Assembly (NCBI GenBank): GCA_013416795.1
Contig: RQSC01000204.1
Coordinates: 7,592 to 49,040 of the forward strand
From: Prasinococcaceae sp. CCMP 1430
Taxonomy: Eukaryota > Plantae > Prasinodermophyta
Direction of reading: 5' to 3'
Length of the DNA stretch: 41,449 nt
Shown here: in pieces, positions 36,379-41,449 of the stretch
Numbering within the stretch: the stretch's first letter is position 1
Layout of the letters: the number at the start of each line of letters is the position of its first letter
Made by a program: the position numbers and the translations under genes
The notes under the pieces: model-generated
What the model was told of the DNA's origin: nothing
Databases searched by the model: none
Seen by the model: the letters and a program-made list of their open reading frames with translations, nothing else

Positions 36379-39112
36379 TCACGAGCGCAGGATCCTTAGC
36401 AGCCTCGTGCCCTTGTCCTTGAAAGCTTCGGAGCCCTTGGCCTTGAGTGCCTTCCGGAGGCTGATGACCATGAGATCCTTGACGTCGGCCAGCTCCCTCG
36501 CGGTGGACACGCGCTCCCAGAATGCCACCTGCTCTGCGCCGTACTTGGAGAGCAACAACGTGCTCATGACCGCGCGTAGCAGCAGCTCGACTTTGCCCGA
36601 GCTGCCTTTGTAGTGATCTGCGAGCGGGCAGAGGAGCGTGGCCGGCGCTGCGTCTCGCGCCATCACGTGCGCGGCGAACGCCCCAAGGTTCACCAGCTGC
36701 GTGGCATCCGTCGAGGGTAGCGCTTTGAGCCTGTCCCACAGCGTGGTACGCAGCGACACGCTGTGGACGCGCTCGCGTTTCGCAAGGGTGGCCGCCAGGT
36801 GCGCGTAGTACCGGTTGAAGCCGCGCTCGCGCAGGCAGCACTCGAGCACCACTCGCTGCACCTCCTTCTGCTGACTCGACGGTAGGCGCAGACCGGTGAC
36901 CTTGTCCGCCGCGTCCGTGGCGTCGGCAGCGCCCATGACGCAGCAGAACACTGCTTTGCGCGTGCCAGTATTCATGCGCGCTGTCTGAGCCAGCTTGAGC
37001 AAATCATGCGCTTGGCCGCCGCCACTGCCACGGCCGCTGGCTGCTGCGTCGCCGCCAGCGCTCTGCAGTCGACGCCCACGGTCCGCCTCGACTCCCCGGA
37101 TTCCGCCACTACCACCGCCGGCGACATCCGTGTCCTCCCACCAATCCTCTCGCGAATGTGCGAGCTGCTCGGCGCCCATCGCCCCGTGGTGTACCACCAC
37201 CTCCCATGGGCATGCGAGCTGCACTGCGTCGACACCCTTCGACCCCAGCCACGTGCGCTGGCGTGCGACGAATGCCGCGATCTCGCCGTCGCCGGACGCG
37301 CGTGCATGGCCGTTCTTGGCCGACAGAACTGTCTGCAGCATGAGCTCCAAGCGCTTGGAGCTGCCGCCCGCGCGCGCGTGGCGCGCTGAGCCCTCCTGAA
37401 GGGCGAGGATGGCACCCTTGAATGCCACGCGATCCTCTGCGCGCAGCTTGCCCCCCGCCGCGCCAAAGAGCGCGTGCAATGCGGCGACTGCTGCCTCGCT
37501 CATGCGCGCGGACAGTGCGTTCACCAGTCCGAACATGGTCGAGTGGTGCACCGCACCGCAGAGGTACAGGCCGCACAACAGCAGCACGACGTTGGACGCC
37601 TCGCGCTCCGCGCCTGAGTCCACAGCAGAAAGTAGCCTGGTGCTAGCGACCGCCACTGTCTGCGCGATGGGCTCAACTAAGCCCGCAGCGCCCGCAGACG
37701 CCGACACGAGGGCAGCAAGCGTGCCCGCCAGGAGCTCGGAAACCTTGGGCGTCAACGAGACCGACGTGACCGCGGCCGATGCCGCGGCGGCTGACGCCGA
37801 ACGGCGGTCGCGTGAGAGGAGGCGCGCGGCTTCCTCGGCCAGCGGGTGCAATTGCTGCTCGGCCGCGCGATTGAGCAGGCGGCGCATCGCGACGGCCACA
37901 TCGGACGAGGCGCCACCACCGCGGCGTGCGCCTCCGCCCGCACCCGCATCGTCGTTGGCTGTGGCGGCCGCCGCGGCCGACTCACGCACTCTCCGGGGAA
38001 CGAACTTTGCAGGTGCCGCTCCCTCGGTCACTCGCTGCTTCTCGGCGCGAACGCCGTCGTCGCGCGGCGCGTCCGCCCCTTCCGTTGGGTCCTCACCGTC
38101 GGAGTCATAGTCGTCCTCAGCAGACTCGGGATCGAGGTCGCCCTCTGAGTCGGAGCTCGAGACGCCGCCTGCGCCGAAAGGGTCGCCGTCATCGCCCTCG
38201 CTGCCGTACATGCCATCGTCGCGATCACTGCCGCTAGAGCCTTCGCCGTCCTCGTCGTCGACGGCGCCGTAATCGTCGCCGCTGTCGTCTTCGGGCTCAG
38301 GATCGGACCCGCCTGCGCTCGCGCGACCGTTGCCGGCACGTAGGGCGCGCTCCTGTCTGGACACCTCCGCAAGCGCCGCGGCGTAGTCGTCATCACCGTC
38401 TGACTCGTCGGAGGAGTCAGGGCCACCTGTGCCACCGCCGAAGCTCCCGCCAAAGGCCTCGCCGTCCTCCCCGCTGTCCTCACCGCTGCCGCCCTCTCCA
38501 AGGCCGTCCATGAAGGCGTCGAGGCCGTCGCCCTCGTCCGCGAGCTTTCCACCGCTTAGCTTCATCTTCTTGCTCAGAGATGCGAGCTGCGCGTCGTCGC
38601 TGCTGCCCGCCGCGCCGCCTCTGCCCTGCAGCAGCTCCTCGAAGCGCGTTCGCGTCTCGCCGCCGCCGCGCCCTCCGCGGCCTCGCCGTCCTGCGCGTCC
38701 GTGCGTGCGTGAGCGCATGTGTTGCGTGTATCAGCAATGCAGGTCAGCTCACCATTGGAACAGTCGCGCAGCCCCCCCACCCCCACCCCCGCGCGCGCGT
38801 GCCGCACGCAGCACACACCTCCTCCCCCTCCTCCTCCTCGCCCTCATCCTCGTCGTCATCCTCGTCGTGGGTTGCGGTTTTATCGGCGTCTCCCTCGTCG
38901 GCGTTGGCGTCGCCATCCGATTCGGTCTCGCTGCTGCCGTTGCCGTCGCCGTCGGCGGCCTCGTCCATCGCGTCACCCTCGGCCCCCCCATCCGGTGCGA
39001 CGCCCTCCTCGACGGGTCCGCCCTCGGCCTCGGCCTCGGCCGCCGGGCTGGTGGCAGGTGCCGCCTTCATCTCTTCGTCATCCCGGGCCGCGGCTTCACC
39101 GGCGGCCGCCAT
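36379..39112 (-). CDS. NOM1: Nucleolar MIF4G/MA3 protein NOM1/Sgd1; main ORF 38718..36379, probable upstream acidic exon 39112..38819 with a 1-nt frame discrepancy
   Basis: Motifs TRFEELL...LASLSKKMK...DGLDAFM, an acidic tract, MIF4G (RRLLNRAAEQQL), and MA3 (MNTGTRKAVFCCVMGAADATDAADKV...EVQRVVLECCLRERGFNRYYAHLA). TGTAA lies directly after the stop (36378-36374). Confidence 0.88.
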
Positions 39113-39497
39113 TGTTGCGACGTGCGCGTTTGTGTGCGTGTGCGCGCGCGGTGTGTGTTGCGCGCGCGCTCCCGGTCGCGTCGATCCTCCCTCCCACCCC
39201 ACACACCGACAGGCTCGCCGGGGGACTCCGTCCCCCTTCCCCCCCCCCACACACACTCCCTCCCACTCCCCCCTTCCCCTTCCCCGGCCACGCCTGCGCG
39301 CGGCGTGTGGCACGGCTCAGGCGTTGCCCGCACACACGCCCGCGCCCCCGCCCTCGCGGCGAAAGCTGAAGATGCGCGCCCAGTGCTCGTGTACATTTCC
39401 GAGTTTTTGCTACATCTTGTAACTCCTGAAATTTCCTCGTCGTGCTCGCGAAATAGGCACAAACCGTGGGACTCCGGCCGGCCCGAAAACCATGATC

Positions 39498-39505
39498 AAA
39501 CCCTA
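39498..39505. promoter_or_regulatory. Telo-box-like AAACCCTA upstream of NOM1
   Basis: Exact AAACCCTA in an AT-rich patch about 390 nt upstream of ATG 39112. Function is inferred from plant promoters. Confidence 0.4.
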
Positions 39506-39667
39506 GCAAAATACCGCAAATTCTAACCGAAACTGCGACGGCAAGCAGCACGGCTTGACGGCTTGACAGCGCCAGCGCACGACGCGGGCACGTAGGCCAC
39601 GGCTCGCTTGCAGTGTAGTGTAGTGTACAGTGGCCTTTACGCACCTCATGCGAGCGCTCGCATGCAT

Positions 39668-39699
39668 TTGTGTGTGTGTGTGTGTGTGGATGTGTGTGT
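39668..39699. repeat. (TG)n microsatellite
   Basis: tttgtgtgtgtgtgtgtgtgtggatgtgtgtgta. Confidence 0.85.
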
Positions 39700-39787
39700 A
39701 TGCGCGCGCGAGCGAGCGAGCTACCTCAGCTCCCCCCCGCGCCCCGACGAGCGCCGCAGCGGCCGCCGCCGCGAGGGCCGCCGCCGC

Positions 39788-40526
39788 NNNNNNNNNNNNN
39801 NNNNNNNNNNNNNNNNNNNNNNNNNNNNNNNNNNNNNNNNNNNNNNNNNNNNNNNNNNNNNNNNNNNNNNNNNNNNNNNNNNNNNNNNNNNNNNNNNNNN
39901 NNNNNNNNNNNNNNNNNNNNNNNNNNNNNNNNNNNNNNNNNNNNNNNNNNNNNNNNNNNNNNNNNNNNNNNNNNNNNNNNNNNNNNNNNNNNNNNNNNNN
40001 NNNNNNNNNNNNNNNNNNNNNNNNNNNNNNNNNNNNNNNNNNNNNNNNNNNNNNNNNNNNNNNNNNNNNNNNNNNNNNNNNNNNNNNNNNNNNNNNNNNN
40101 NNNNNNNNNNNNNNNNNNNNNNNNNNNNNNNNNNNNNNNNNNNNNNNNNNNNNNNNNNNNNNNNNNNNNNNNNNNNNNNNNNNNNNNNNNNNNNNNNNNN
40201 NNNNNNNNNNNNNNNNNNNNNNNNNNNNNNNNNNNNNNNNNNNNNNNNNNNNNNNNNNNNNNNNNNNNNNNNNNNNNNNNNNNNNNNNNNNNNNNNNNNN
40301 NNNNNNNNNNNNNNNNNNNNNNNNNNNNNNNNNNNNNNNNNNNNNNNNNNNNNNNNNNNNNNNNNNNNNNNNNNNNNNNNNNNNNNNNNNNNNNNNNNNN
40401 NNNNNNNNNNNNNNNNNNNNNNNNNNNNNNNNNNNNNNNNNNNNNNNNNNNNNNNNNNNNNNNNNNNNNNNNNNNNNNNNNNNNNNNNNNNNNNNNNNNN
40501 NNNNNNNNNNNNNNNNNNNNNNNNNT
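39788..40526. other. Assembly gap (739 N)
   Basis: Run of N bases. Confidence 1.
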
Positions 40527-40748
40527 CCCACCCACCCACCCCCCGTCCGCGCCCGCGCGCAGAGCGCCGCGTTCGAAACGCACCGCCGGCGGGGCGCCGC
40601 TTCCGCTAGCACTGGTTGTGGGTGGCTCCGTTTTACCCGGTCTGCAGCGCCGCGCGACCGGGGATAGAGAGCTGTGTGCCCGGGACAGCATCGCGCCAGA
40701 CCCGACCGAAACGGCAATCCCTCGGCCGGGCGCCCCCGCCCCTCATCG

Positions 40749-40789
40749 CCTAAACCCTAAATATTTTGAACCCTAAAATCAAACCCTAT
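40749..40789. repeat. Cluster of degenerate plant-type telomeric / telo-box motifs (CCCTAAA / AAACCCTA)
   Basis: cctaaaccctaaa (40749-40761), aaccctaaaa (40769-40778), aaaccctat (40781-40789). Confidence 0.65.
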
Positions 40790-41221
40790 CCTATTCCAGC
40801 CCTCCCCCCCCCTTTCATTTCTGCTCTGCTCCCACGTCTCGCGCCCGGCCCCCCCGCGCGATCCCGCCCCCGCGGCCGAAATGCGGTTTCGCGTTTCGGC
40901 CGCGCGCGGGGCCGCGCGCGCCCATCGCGTCGCCTCCGCGTTCGGCGGCGAACGGGCGCCTTCGCCTTCGCCTTCCGGAATGCGTCGCGCGGATCGCGCG
41001 GTTGGTGAATTTGGTCGGGAGGGCATTCCGTTAATTTAGGGCATTTGAGGTGCTGATGCTGATGTGTTCGGACGGCGCGGTTTGCAGCCGTTTTGCCCTG
41101 CGCAAATACATCCTCGCTTGATGGCGCGCGGAGCAGGGGCACACTGCGCGCGCGCGGCGCTGGCACGCCCGCGCGCACCCCCCCTCTCTTCCCTCCCCTC
41201 CCCTCCCCCCGCGCGGGCGCG

Positions 41222-41374
41222 ATGGGAGGCAAGCACCGCTCGCGGCCCAAGGCCAAGGCCAAGGGCCGCGGGGGCGGCGGCGGCGGCGGCGGCGGCCATG
41301 CCGCTGTCGCAGGAGCGGTGGAGCCGCGGCTGCGGCACGGGCGTGGGGCTCAGCTCGCACAAGAACCAGTACAG
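41222..41374 (+). CDS. Probable first exon of a gene continuing beyond the window; product unknown
   Basis: ATG 41222 (MGGKHRSRPKAKAKGRGGG...) or ATG 41298 (MPLSQERWSRG...HKNQY) upstream of a consensus donor CAG|GTGCGC at 41375. The frame cannot be resolved. Confidence 0.4.
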
Positions 41375-41449
41375 GTGCGCGCGCGATGACCGGCGCGCGG
41401 ACGTTGGGGAGCTCTTCCCCCACCCCACGCCACCCCGCGCGCGAGCGCA

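Noticed and set aside
39503-40776. ORFs spanning the N gap
   Set aside because: Artefacts of translating through N bases. The flanks are microsatellite and low-complexity sequence; a hidden gene cannot be assessed.

Overview
Eukaryotic, very GC-rich, gene-dense nuclear DNA, most likely from a green alga. The evidence is spliceosomal GT-AG introns with GTGCGC-like donors and CTGAC branch points, TGTAA poly(A)-type signals, plant-type PEX5, SPA and LOG2 genes, and degenerate CCCTAAA motifs; a prasinophyte-grade lineage is an inference. About 17 protein-coding genes lie in mostly alternating orientation: soluble PPase (5'-partial), VPS34, an ERICH2-like protein, ZMYND10, a MaoC-like dehydratase, a METTL7-like methyltransferase, PEX5, two orphan coiled-coil proteins, a His-motif type I membrane protein, importin beta, a LOG2/LUL RING E3, a CFAP96/DUF4586-like protein, a receiver-domain-SPA fusion, DIS3/RRP44, CCT2 and NOM1. 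There is also a 739-nt N gap and a probable first exon at the right edge. I see no RNA genes, CRISPR arrays or recognisable transposons. The most striking item is a SPA-type (kinase-like, coiled-coil, WD40) protein with an N-terminal response-regulator receiver domain that keeps the canonical phospho-acceptor residues, a possible direct link between His-Asp phosphorelay and COP1/SPA light signalling. Next are a ZMYND10 whose MYND finger is replaced by an unrecognised domain and a bacterial-type His-rich metal-binding module on a membrane anchor. All family calls come from motif recognition by eye; no database searches were run.
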